Positions 52,215 through 63,720 of a stretch of 63,720 nt of DNA are shown piece by piece. The translations under genes and the position numbers were made by a program. The stretch lies in contig NC_068990.1 in NCBI RefSeq assembly GCF_001194135.2, positions 92,389,443 through 92,453,162 on the forward strand. The letters are read 5' to 3'. Within the stretch, counting starts at the first letter, position 1; each line of letters opens with the position of its first letter. The DNA comes from Octopus bimaculoides. Lineage: Eukaryota. The notes under the pieces were generated by a model. That model saw nothing but the letters and a program-made list of their open reading frames with translations, had not been told where the DNA came from and searched no databases.

Positions 52215-52565
52215 CATTATTTACTTTATTTACATTTGACGGATATTTGTTCTCATCGTGTTTGTTGTTAACACGTTTCGGCATATAGTGTAGTGGTTAA
52301 GAGCGCGGGCTATTAACCCAAAGATTCCAAGTTCGATTCCAAGCAGTGACCTGAATAATAATAATAATAACAATAATAATAATAATAACAACATCGAAAA
52401 ATATCTTAGGAATGAGAATGCAGGTTCGAAATTTCCCCAAGACACCTGATGAAGGCTGGAGGGTATGTCAGCCGAAACGTTGTGTTAACAACAAACAAGA
52501 TGAGGACAAATATCCATTTAATGTAAATAATATACATAATTCCTCATCTCTTAAATATAGAACTG
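52215..52565 (+). mobile_element. Composite tRNA-headed, hammerhead-containing SINE-like element, copy 3
   Basis: Inverted copy of the 3' tail (52215-52282), A-box-like TAGTGTAGTGG and B-box GTTCGATTCC (52331-52340), (AAT)n, body, hammerhead, and tail ending cctcatctcttaaatatagaactg. Confidence 0.8.
52441..52486 (+). ncRNA. Minimal type-I hammerhead ribozyme, apparently intact
   Basis: GACAC-CTGATGA-A-GGCTG(gagggtatgt)CAGCC-GAA-ACGT-T-GTGTT. Stem I is GACAC/GTGTT, the CUGAUGA and GAAA core boxes are complete, stem II has 5-6 bp, stem III is the palindrome ACGU, and predicted cleavage follows GUU at 52481. Confidence 0.8.
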
Positions 52566-52641
52566 GAATAATAATGATAATATTAATAACAATAATAATT
52601 AATACTACTACTACTACTACTACTATTACTACTACTACTAC

Positions 52642-52683
<42 letters not shown>

Positions 52684-52804
52684 GTTCCAAGGTCTGCAAG
52701 CTTGTGTCTAACTTGTCTTTAATTTCTGTGACAAAGGAAGCAAGTTCTTTTCCTGAAAATATTCTTTAAAAAAATTTTTTTATACATTTTAAGAGTTGGC
52801 TTGA

Positions 52805-52841
<37 letters not shown>

Positions 52842-53410
52842 TGTGAAGACAATGAACAATAAAAACACTAGTTTTAACAAATATTGTATGAATTTAACAC
52901 TTAAAAAGGAAAGGGAAGAGCCTTAATGTTTTAGGCACTGGCTCTTCATCAATAGAAAAGTACAGACGAAAAGTAAAAGAGGAGTGTGAATGATGTAAAG
53001 TGGTCGAGAATAAAACAAATATGGAAGAGGTTATGGGTCAGGTGGGAATAAGATTCTATGGGAGAAGTAAGAAGTGAGAAAGGGGTGGAGTGTCTGTGTG
53101 TGTGCATGTATAGGAGTGTGTCTGTGTTTTGAGATGAGTATAAGTGAGGAATTCTGTGTGTGTGTGTGTGTGTAGGTGTGCAGATATGGTAGTAGAGTGG
53201 CACAGGTTAGTGTGTATGTTTTGGTTAATGGAGTAGATAGGAGGAAAGCATGAAAGCGAGGAGGTCGGAGTGGGTGTGAGTGTGAGGTAAAAGAGAGAGT
53301 GAGAGGAGTGTGAAGGATGTGATAGAAGTGTAGCAGTCTGGGTGTGAGATGCTGTAATGTGTATATATATAAGAAAGACATATACAAACACATATGTGTC
53401 TATGTGTGTA

Positions 53411-53469
<59 letters not shown>

Positions 53470-55649
53470 AGGGTTTATATAATTTAGATCTAATAAAATT
53501 TCAGTGTTAAACCTTGGTTGTGATTTTAAATAATGTCAATAATCAGCCATAGTTGTGATTTAGTATGAAATCAATAAACAAGCCATAGTTATGATTCAAT
53601 ATCAGTGTTAAACTACAGTTGTGATTTGATATAATTTCAGTGAAAAATATCCCATAGTTGTTAATACAATATCAGTGATAAATCTTGGTTGTGATTGAAT
53701 ATGGTATGATGATTAATGAAATTTGAGTTGTGATTTAATATCTGTGCTAAACCTTGGTTGTGATTGAATATTTGTAATAAACTTTAGTTATGATCTGATA
53801 TAACATCAGGAGGCATAGAAATTGGTTGAGCTGATTTCATTTCAATGTTGGTTCTAATTTTATCAACATCAGAATTAATATAATGACTCAACAGAATCTA
53901 AACTCAGAATGTGAAAGGACCATAGCTAAATACAGATCCTCACTTGTCTGGTTTAGCAAAGAATTTGATCTGGGTTGGTATGTTGGAGTTTTATAATAAA
54001 TTTGATCTGAGATTATGAGTTGGGGTTACATGTTAATTTGATCTACGATTGTGTGTCAGGATTAAAAGCACAATCTTAGATTTGTGTGTTTAGAAAAAGC
54101 AATTACATCAGGGTGGAGTGATTGGAGACATTTAAATAACTCATACTGTTATATTTACTGTTGATTTCTTATTATTTTTCAATAATAATATTATCAATAT
54201 ATAATTATTAGACATCTAAGTCTATTGTTTTATGACCTGCTCCCTGATACTATGTTATCCCCACGTATTATAACCCCTGGTCATGAATACTTCTCTGTAT
54301 CACAGTTTACTCCACCACTCTGTACTTGAATCCCTGGTACTTCTTTATATCTCAGTACTCTATCACCACCTTGTGGTATATGGCAGAAGCAAGAGAACAC
54401 TACATGAAATGGTTTTATTCTCTCTACTCCATTACTTTAATAAACCTCAGCTCAGATCTCACTAAGGCTGGTTCTTTTTCATTCCACTAAAGACTGATAA
54501 CAAAAGTCCCAGTAATACACTGGAGGTTGTTCATTCAGCTATATACCCCTCTTCTCCCAATCAATGTGTCACCATTTTCTTGTGTAAGAGTTCATTATTG
54601 TCCTCATTGCCTTTGCTACATTCACTCCTCATCTACAGAAGAGTTGTTTGGTGATTTGTCTAATGAGAACAATTAATGTTATTGATTCACATTTTTAATG
54701 ATTTATGAGATTCAAATGTCAACTATGTATCAATTCTAAACTGTATTCTGGAAGCTTGGTATTGTATATCTCATATCACAAACGACTCAGTGTGTGTCCT
54801 CAATACATGTTGTAGAGAATGTATCTGTTTGGAACAGAGTTCTCCAAATTATCCATCTCTATTACTTTTTCACACACACACACGCTACATGCATGCACAC
54901 ACACACATGCAAACACACACACACACTTATCTGCATAAACATATATATATGTTGGTGTGTGTGTGTAGTTATGGTAAATGTTTGCTTGTTTATTAAAACT
55001 TCAAACCTGAAACCAAATTGAGAAACTCAATGTTTCTCCAAGCAACGGACATGTAACATTTTGTTCTGAAAACTGAATGCGACAAATGTGGTATGTGATT
55101 TTTCTCTGCATAAACAGAATGTAAAAAATTGCTCTTGAAGAAAAAAGCAACAAAAATCCTAAAATCAAAGAAATTTTTTGGAAACAGTTAAATGCTATTT
55201 ATGGCTAGGAATTATTGCATTTGATTGATATGTATTCTTTGGGAAATATAACTAATAATTGGTGAGTTCTCTTCTAGCAAATAATCCATGAGAGTGTCAA
55301 ATAAGCTGTCTTGTATATTACTTATGTCTACATGAAACTAAAGCAGTCTGGTGTTTTACGTAGGTGAATACATAAGGCTTAATAATTATATATTTACTTT
55401 TTTTTTTTACATTATTGTCTCAAGTCTTAAGATTAATCAGGCTAGTTACCCAGTTTATATGATGGATAAGTGATTGAGATGTCACATGATGCCACCATCC
55501 ACCATCCAATGGTGCCACCAGCCAATGCCGGGCTAATCATCAACAGCCAAGTGGACTGGACTAACTTGAAATGAAGTGTTTTGCTCAAGAATACAATGTA
55601 TTGTCCTGCCAAGGAATTTAAATCATGGTGTTGTGATCATGACTGCAAC

Positions 55650-55797
55650 CCCAGTATGCAACTGGTACTTAATTTATCGATCCCAAAAGGATGAAGGGCA
55701 AAGTCGACCTCAGCGAAATTTGAACTCAGAACAAAGATGGACGAAATACTGCTAAGCATTTCGCCTGGCGTGATAATGCTTCTGCGAGTTCGCTGCC
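55650..55797 (-). mobile_element. SINE of the same family, minus strand
   Basis: Reverse complement of the 44116 copy (ggatgaagggcaaagtcgacctcagcgaaatttgaactcagaac). More decayed minus copies lie at about 50590-51000 and 53800-53935. Confidence 0.75.
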
Positions 55798-56648
55798 TTG
55801 TTTAAATAACAATATCAACATGTGAATATTTACAGGGATCATTAACATATGACTGATAAAATTTTATGTGGAATGATGAGAGGAATGGGATCGCTTACTC
55901 ATGTCTCAATGGTCTGGTGGAAAATGTGTGTGTAACCATTCCACATGGAGGACAGTATCAGACAGCAGGTTCTAATATAAATGGAGGCATTAGTAAGATG
56001 GATAGACAGGATAGTTTTTAATATAGCTGAATAACTCAGTAGAGAGGGGTTAGCTTATTTAGGAGGATGAGATGGGGATTTAAAATATTAAAATATTTTT
56101 TACTGTGTTGGTGAAAAGAGTTTCTTTTTCAATGCTGGTTAAGGATAGATATTTTAGCAATGAAAATTTATTTTAGCAAAAGGACATTTTCAGTGTATAA
56201 TGTTGCTCTGGGAAAAAGGTTCTATTTTAAGTTATATCATTTTATATTCTAGAAGTCCGAAATAAAAGTAAAGTGTGAGGTAGCTTTGCTTTTATGTTGC
56301 TTTCGAAATGTATATATATGTTGGTTGTATCATATTTTGAATGTATTTTTAAGTGAAGCCAACAAATGCTTTAGAAGGATTATTAGTTTGTGTGGTGCAC
56401 TTGTATATTTTATATTTTTAACTAAAAGGTTGGCATTTAAGGGATAATTTAGTGGGGTTTCTATTGAAGAGGCTATAGTTAAATTAAAATGGGGGTTATA
56501 CCAAATGATTTTTTTCTGACAAACTTATTGATTATGTGGCTGAAGTGAACTCATTAATATCATTAATGATTAAAATTATTGTTTATGATGTGAATTCTTA
56601 CTCCACAATGGCATGTAACATTTTAGAAAAAAAATTCCACGTATACAA

Positions 56649-56711
<63 letters not shown>

Positions 56712-57739
56712 TGTCAGTGTGTATATACTTGTTATTTAACATAGATTTGTGAATTTGTTCAAATCTTTTGAACACTAAACACACACACACCAACAACAAT
56801 AACAATAACAACAACTTCTTTCATCAATGAAGATAATGTATATACAGACATTATACTTTCATTAGATATTTGTCTTTGATTGACATAATTAATCTTGCCT
56901 CCAAGAAAAAGAAAATGAAGAAACTATTGGCTGTCATCTCATGAAGATATGTTTCGAATAATCTCACAGGTAAGTGACATCCCCAAACCCCCACCCGAAA
57001 ATATTTTAACCAATTTCTTGTGCTGTATTCTTGTTGCTTATGTAAATGATTGTCACTCAGCTGACTGTTGTGATGTCATAATAATGATAATAATGATAAT
57101 AATAATAATAATTCTTGAACAAACTTCCAACTGTGACAGTTATTTGGTCTGTTTTCAACAGTATTCACTCTGTATGTTTTTTTTTTTTTTTAATTTATTA
57201 AAGTTAATTAAGATTCTTATCCTTCATGTAAATAAAACAGACAAAATAATAAATAAAATTCTGTAAAAGTGACTAAGATGTCTTTTCCCCTACAAGTGGA
57301 AAGTTGAGATGAAAAACATTCAAAAATATCAGTGACAAACTAACAATGGAGGCCAAAATGTCTAAAATACAAAACTGCTTGTTGAAAAATTTTTAAAAAT
57401 ATGATTTAAAAAATTAGAATAATGCGATTGAATCCTGTCCAAATCAACTTCATTTTTCTCTGATTGTTTAAATAATTAATTATTCCTAAAAAAAAAAAAA
57501 ATTGCTAAAAGCTGATGAAATCGGTGAGGGTTAAAACTGTGTAACAAGAACAGAATTGAATTCCTCACCTCTGTGGATTCAAACTAGTCACTGCCGACAG
57601 ATGGAAAACATTGAAATAAAGCTACACGATTCCCGTTCCAAATGTGTTTTGAGTATTTCTTTATTTGGTTATAAATCTATCTCTGTCCAGTTCCAACTGA
57701 TTATTCTTTCTCTGTCTTACTGAATGTGAGTCACCATCT

Positions 57740-57905
57740 ATCTATCAATGTGAGTCACTGTCTATCTATCTATCTATCTATCTGTCTATCTATCTATCTA
57801 TCTGTCTATCTATCTATCTCTATCCATCTATCTCTATCTATCTATCTATATCTATCTATCTATCTCTCTGTCTATCTCTCTATCTCTATCTATCTATCTA
57901 TCTAT
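57740..57905. repeat. (ATCT)n compound tetranucleotide microsatellite, representative of dozens of SSRs in the window
   Basis: Direct reading; other long arrays include (ATT)n at 18280-18420, 44010-44110 and 49465-49587, (CA)n at 48075-48190 and (CT)n at 32135-32230. Confidence 0.95.
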
Positions 57906-57908
57906 TTT

Positions 57909-58100
57909 GCACGCCGGGCAAAAATGTTTTGCAGCATTTTGCCCTGTCTTTATGTTCTGGGCTCATATTTCATTCAGGTTGACTTTGCTTTTCATCCTTT
58001 CAGGGTCGATAAAATAAGTACCAGTTGAGCTCTGAGATCGATGTAATCGACTTTTCTCCATCCCGAAATTGCTGGGATTCTGCCAAAATTTTGAAATCAA
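57909..58100 (+). mobile_element. SINE of the same family following an (ATCT)n array
   Basis: gcacgccgggcaaaaatg...gactttgcttttcatcctttcagggtcgataaaataagtaccagttgagc. Confidence 0.75.
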
Positions 58101-58900
58101 TATTTTAACGAATGACCAATAGCAATGCAAGGGAAACAACTCTTTAACAGCTCTTTTATGAATTTTTGCGCTTTTAATTGACTGTAAACGTTTGAGGTCT
58201 AATTAATTTTATGTCTGAATTTTTAGTTTTAGGTTCATTGTATAATTTTAATTTTTTTCACTTAGCTCTCGATGTTAGAAACCAATATTTAAAAAAGAAG
58301 TTGGCTGGTGTATAATGATGAACCAATGGATTTCAATGTAGGAATTTGAATGACAGATTTTTCATTATGGAAGATGAACTAAAATTAAACGGTAACTAAA
58401 CCGTATGCTTATACATTAGGCAGATCAAAAGAATATTAAAGGATTAAACCTTAAAGAAAGGAATTACTGTATATGCCGGCGTATAAGATGCCCTGTCACA
58501 CAATATACATATTTACAACTATATAACTGTTTTGTTTGTTTTTCTCACTAAAAAACAAACAAAACAGATTAGGGTTTCATGATACACTTCTTGGAAGATA
58601 TTTTAAAGTGTTTTTGTGGAGGTGGGGGTGGAATGCATGATTCTTTGCTTGTAAATATAATATTGGGTCAGTAATATAGGATAAAGCAAAAAACCCATAA
58701 ATTTCTTGTAAATAAACTATGCTATGGGAGTTCTGTATTTCAACTTTATCCTTTTTCATTTATATTTCAAGGAAGATAATTGCCATCTTGGTTGTAAAGC
58801 TCGTATTTCTAACTGATTGGCATTTCACTGCTGTGGTTTTGTTTGATGACAACACTATATATATATATATATATATNNNNNNNNNNTGTGTATATATATA

Positions 58901-59146
58901 TCATCATCATCATCATCGTTTAACGTCCGCTTTCCATGCTAGCATGGGTTGGACGATTTGACTGAGGACTGGTGCAACCGGATGGCTACACCAGGCTCCA
59001 ATCTAATTTGGCAGAGTTTCTACAGCTGGATGCCCTTCCTAACGCCAACCACTCAGAGAGTGAAGTGGGTGCTTTTACGTGTCACTCGCACGAAAACGGC
59101 CACGCTCGAAATGGTGTCTTTTATGTGCCACCCGCACAAGCCAGTC
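58901..59146 (-). mobile_element. RTE 3' UTR and tail, copy C
   Basis: Near-identical to the tails of copies A and B (catcatcgtttaacgtccgctttccatgctagcatgg...) with a few substitutions. Confidence 0.85.
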
Positions 59147-59649
59147 CGATCTCGCTGTGTATGTATAGGTATATATATGTATATGTATATATATATATAT
59201 GTGTATGTATATATATGTATGGTGACTTTGATTTTTTTTTCCCAGTTGTATAATGATTTTACATCAAATTCTCAATATACAGCTTCATTTGCAGGCAAGA
59301 CATGTAAATGTTTGGCTGGAGACACCAGGCATCAGCCTTTGTGTGTCTCTTTTTTTTTTTTCTGGTTGCTCTGATAGTGATAAATGTGTTTCTTCATCCA
59401 ATCTTCAACCCAATGCCAAAGTGATGCATTCCATTCTTAAAATGTTAATGTTACATTTCTTCAAGGTAGCCATCATGTGGATTTTGAAGTATTTCAGCCA
59501 AAAGATTGTCCTTCAAAGTGAGTTTTTAGCTAAAAGCATAGCACTACATCTAGCATACATCAACCTGGAAAAAAGCCTTTAAGATGCCACACCCAGCAGT
59601 TTGGTGGTCACAGGGGAAATTAGGTGAGAATAATGCAAACCACATACAG

Positions 59650-60560
59650 AGATGACATTAGCAAGGTGAGAATTAGTAATGAGTTCAGCAAGGAATTTAG
59701 CATAAAGGCAAAGTGTTCATAAGGGCTCAGTTCTCAACGTTTTCTATTGTATCCTGGTTATAACTGAGGAGTTTGAGACTGACTCTTGATGGACATTCCT
59801 GTCATCCAATGATATAGATCTTAGTGTTGAATTTATTGAAGGCTTAGAGAAAAAATTCCAAACGTGGAAGCAATGCTTAGAATAAAGAGATTTGACAGTA
59901 AACCTAGTGAAAACAAAAGTTTTAGTCACCGGGAAAGAAAACCCATTGAGGTTTTAGTGGTTAGTTGCAAAATGCAGAAAGGGAGAAGGTAGGAATCCCA
60001 GATGGTGTACTCAATATAAACTGTGGATGTACAAGAGATGCAAATGAGCGACAAGCCAGCTGATAGAAATGTCTGACAGAAGTACTTGGTGATAAAGACA
60101 CCCATGAAATATACTCTTTCAAATGCTCAGAGGACTCTAGAAAATAGTTGATAGCGTCTGATACCTAGTAAACCAAATTAATAGATGAAGAGGATGATTT
60201 GAAGCATAATAACTAGATTAAGAAAGAGATAAAGGAGTTTAGGTATCTATTATCTCTGCTGGCACAAGATGAATTCTTCCTTGAAGTGAATAAAAGATTG
60301 TAGGGTATTTTGTGTATGAAGTGCAGTGTTGCAAGATGGTGAAATATGGACTTTGAATGTAGAGGATGTGTAAAAACTGGAAAGGAGTAAACCTAACTGG
60401 ATGTTTAATGTTGGTATACATAAATGATGGAACACAGATGAGCAGAGAAAAAACTGGGTATAAGACGAATCAGGTATGGTGTACAAGAGAGGAGACTGTG
60501 TTGGAACGGACACAAGATGTGTGTGGAGGATTATAGATGGGTAAAGAAGCACCAAAACTT
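59650..60560 (+). mobile_element. Old decayed RTE LINE
   Basis: KVRISNEFSKEF...VHKGSVL, KFQTWKQCLE*RDLTVNLVKTKVLV and, near 60490, RRLCWNGH-like sequence. Confidence 0.65.
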
Positions 60561-61885
60561 ATCTCAAGATGAAGGAAATGAAAAGGGACAGAGATAAAAA
60601 GTGAAGTGCCACGCCAGGAAAGATCTGTCCAATATGGAAAAGCAGACATAAAAATGATGATGGTGACGACGACGATGATGATGATGATATGGAGGAGGAT
60701 GAATACGACGACGGCGACGAAGATGATGACAACGATGAAGGCGATGAAGAAGCGGCCACACACACACATACGAGCAGACACTCATAATTATACATTACAT
60801 TACACCACAGTAAAATCGACAATATTGTTTCCTTTGAACCTAAGACCAAATTTTCGAAACCTACACTTATCTTCTTTCCTATACACAAACCCCTCCCCAC
60901 CCAATTTAACCGACATCAATAACATTTACCGTAAACGACACATCCAATGAAAAACATATTTATGGTACGAAGTGCTGCCTACTCATTATTGTAGGTTAGT
61001 AATTTCTATTTATTTATTTCAATTTTTAAAAATCAAAATCGTTTGGAATAGAATTTCAATATATTTATGTGACTCAAAGACTTTCGATAAAGAAAGTAAA
61101 TTTTTCAGTCGAATTGAAAAAAAAAGAAAAAAAAACTGATCTAAGGGAGGTAACTGGAACTTAATACCGTATTAATTTGTTTTATTACTTCCCTCGAACG
61201 TTTCAACTTAGTTTCCAAACCTTGAATGATTGTTGGACAATCTGATCACATTGATTCCTTCTGATCGAAGTGTCATTCACCAATGGCGAATAAAAGAAAT
61301 GCATTTTCTTTTAGATGCAACCATTCTTACTTTCCTTTAAGTTTTAGATCTATCAACTCAAATTAAATTAACTTGTATTCTCCGTAGCACTTTAATTTAA
61401 CTTTTTCTAGTTGGAGCTCAAGAATTGTAAAAGAGACAGTTATGTTTTATTCAAGCGCTTAATATTCTTCAAAAATGGTTTATATCAATTCCTTGAACAC
61501 ACACACACACACACGTATATATTCATATTCACGAGTTTGTTTTATTCTCCTTCCTTTGTACTCCTTGGTCGTAAATAATGGCCTCGATGTTGATGTGGAC
61601 GGTGTTGTTTGGTTGTAGTATCTCGTGGAAGCAAGTCTGGGCTGTTTGTTGTCCAGTCAACTGGAAGAATTTCGAAACAAATGGAGGTTGGTGTCAGGAG
61701 GGTCATCCAGCCCTAACATACACTCGTTTGGTCCGTGCAGATATGGAAAAGTAAATGTTAAATGATTACAGGGGTGGATGTGCAAGATTTATATATGTGT
61801 GTTTACAGAGGTGTATCTATCATCATCCTCATCACCATTTTTCCAGGAGTAAATAGAAGAATAAAGACTAAAGGTAGTTACACCT

Positions 61886-62078
61886 GACTGGCCTTCGTGC
61901 CGGTGGCACGTAAAAGCACCCACTACACTCTCGGAGTGGTTGGTGTTAGCAAAGGCATCCAGCTGTAGAAACTCTGCCAGATCAGATTGGAGCCTGGTGC
62001 AGCCATCTGGTTTGCCAGTCCTCAGTCAAATTGTCCAACCCATGCTAGCATGGAAAGCGGACGTTAAACGATGATGAT
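61886..62078 (+). mobile_element. RTE 3' UTR and tail, copy D
   Basis: ggtggcacgtaaaagcacccactacactc...ccatgctagcatggaaagcggacgttaaacgatgatgat; a related subfamily lacking the duplicated subunit. Confidence 0.82.
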
Positions 62079-63317
62079 ACACACATACATATATACATGT
62101 GTAAGCATACACAGGTATACATACACATATACATATCTCAATACACACACACTTATGCATACACACATATGTAACTGTACTAGCATACTCCTATGTACAT
62201 GCACGTGTATGTATGTATACACACACACAAACACACACACACACACACACACAAATACATGATAGGCTTCCTTCAGTTTCTGGCTTTGGTCAGTCGGAGG
62301 CTATAGTAAAAGACACTTGCCCAAGAATACCTTGCAGACTGAACCTGGAACCATGTGATTGGGAAGCAAGTTTCTTACCACACAGCCACCCCTGTGCCTG
62401 TATATGTATATATATATATATATNNNNNNNNNNNNNNNNNNNNNNNNNNNNNNNNNNNNNNNNNNNNNNNNNNNNNNNNNNNNNNNNNNNNNNNNNNNNN
62501 NNNNNNNNNNNNNNNNNNNNNNNNNNNNNNNNNNNNNNNNNNNNNNNNNNNNNNNNNNNNNNNNNNNNNNNNNNNNNNNNNNNNNNNNNNNNNNNNNNNN
62601 NNNNNNNNNNNNNNNNNNNNNNNNNNNNNNNNNNNNNNNNNNNNNNNNNNNNNNNNNNNNNNNNNNNNNNNNNNNNNNNNNNNNNNNNNNNNNNNNNNNN
62701 NNNNNNNNNNNNNNNNNNNNNNNNNNNNNNNNNNNNNNNNNNNNNNNNNNNNNNNNNNNNNNNNNNNNNNNNNNNNNNNNNNNNNNNNNNNNNNNNNNNN
62801 NNNNNNNNNNNNNNNNNNNNNNNNNNNNNNNNNNNNNNNNNNNNNNNNNNNNNNNNNNNNNNNNNNNNNNNNNNNNNNNNNNNNNNNNNNNTTATGATAA
62901 ATCCACCAAAAGGAACATTGACCTCAGAATAAATACAAATATCATTTCTCCCTCCAGAATTACCATTATCAGTATTCCATAATAAAATCCTCACACCTCT
63001 CCCTTTTCCTGTCTACTTTCTACTTGTTTTCTGTGACCTTATTTGAAATATTCTGTAAAAATATTCAATGGCTTCATTTATGTACAAAATGTTTGGGAAA
63101 ACTATTTACGATACTCAACTAATGTTGTTTGTTTTTCATTTTTTTAATTTATTTCTTGTAGGAATGGCTGTGTGGTTAAGAAGCTTGCTTTACAACCTAA
63201 TGTTTTTGGGTTCATTCCCTCAGGTTGACTAATGTATTGTAAGTGAATTTGTGAGACAGAAACTGTGTGGAAGCCTGTCATGTGTGTGTGTGTATGTAAA
63301 TGTATGTATTTATGTGT

Positions 63318-63384
<67 letters not shown>

Positions 63385-63398
63385 NNNNNNNNNNNNNN

Positions 63399-63437
<39 letters not shown>

Positions 63438-63720
63438 TTATTTATGTATATATTAATATTATCTTGGTTGAAAAACTTCGATAATGCAAATATGTTAATA
63501 GTTACCAGGGTACCAAAAATCTCACAGAAACTGGGATATAATACCTGGTTAAGGGGTAGAAATTCCATGTTAAAGTGATGTATTTTGAGTTGATATAAAA
63601 GAATAATAATAAATGGAGCAAAACGCATATAATCAATAAGTTCCTTTAATTCCTACACATGTTTCAAAAATTATATGCACTCTACTCCAAAGGAATAAAA
63701 GATGCTGGTTTATACATATA

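Noticed and set aside
52280-52352. tRNA genes at SINE heads (also 6241-6312, 13340-13420, 22782-22852)
   Set aside because: A and B boxes are present but acceptor and anticodon stems do not pair fully, and each runs into a repeat body; these are tRNA-derived heads only.
56906-56969. Possible extra exon ending in a perfect cag|gtaagt donor
   Set aside because: From the best acceptor (56905) all three frames hit stops, and the FYB-like CDS has already terminated. It might be a non-coding exon but is unsupported.
58465-58500. tactgtatatgccggcgtataagatgc as a pogo/Tigger-type terminal inverted repeat
   Set aside because: No partner TIR was found in the window and the match is short.

Overview
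AT-rich, microsatellite-dense eukaryotic genomic DNA with several N gaps. The repeat content (tRNA-headed SINEs, RTE LINE tails, (AT)n/(GT)n/(ATT)n/(ATCT)n arrays) looks like a cephalopod, probably Octopus; that assignment is inference. One protein-coding gene is supported. Its last nine coding exons lie on the + strand (584-36962), all introns are GT-AG, and the phases join into an uninterrupted 212-aa C-terminus: proline-rich motif, YDDL, Lys/Glu coiled coil, helically extended SH3 domain and terminal YEEI. This fits the FYB/ADAP-PRAM1 adaptor family. Almost every ORF in the supplied track is a microsatellite or transposon artefact. The rest of the window is transposon debris: two decayed Gypsy LTR elements, young and old RTE LINEs, R4/Dong-type 3' ends in (AAT)n tracts, a CR1-like fragment, a Tc1 fragment and several SINE families. 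The most striking observation is a three-copy composite element made of a tRNA-like Pol III head, an (AAT)n linker and a body carrying a minimal type-I hammerhead ribozyme (intact at 52441-52486). Each copy has an inverted copy of its own 3' tail at the 5' end, as Penelope-like insertions do. A second, unrelated hammerhead-bearing inverted repeat sits at 8548-8980. Exon and ribozyme coordinates were counted by hand to the base; repeat boundaries are approximate.
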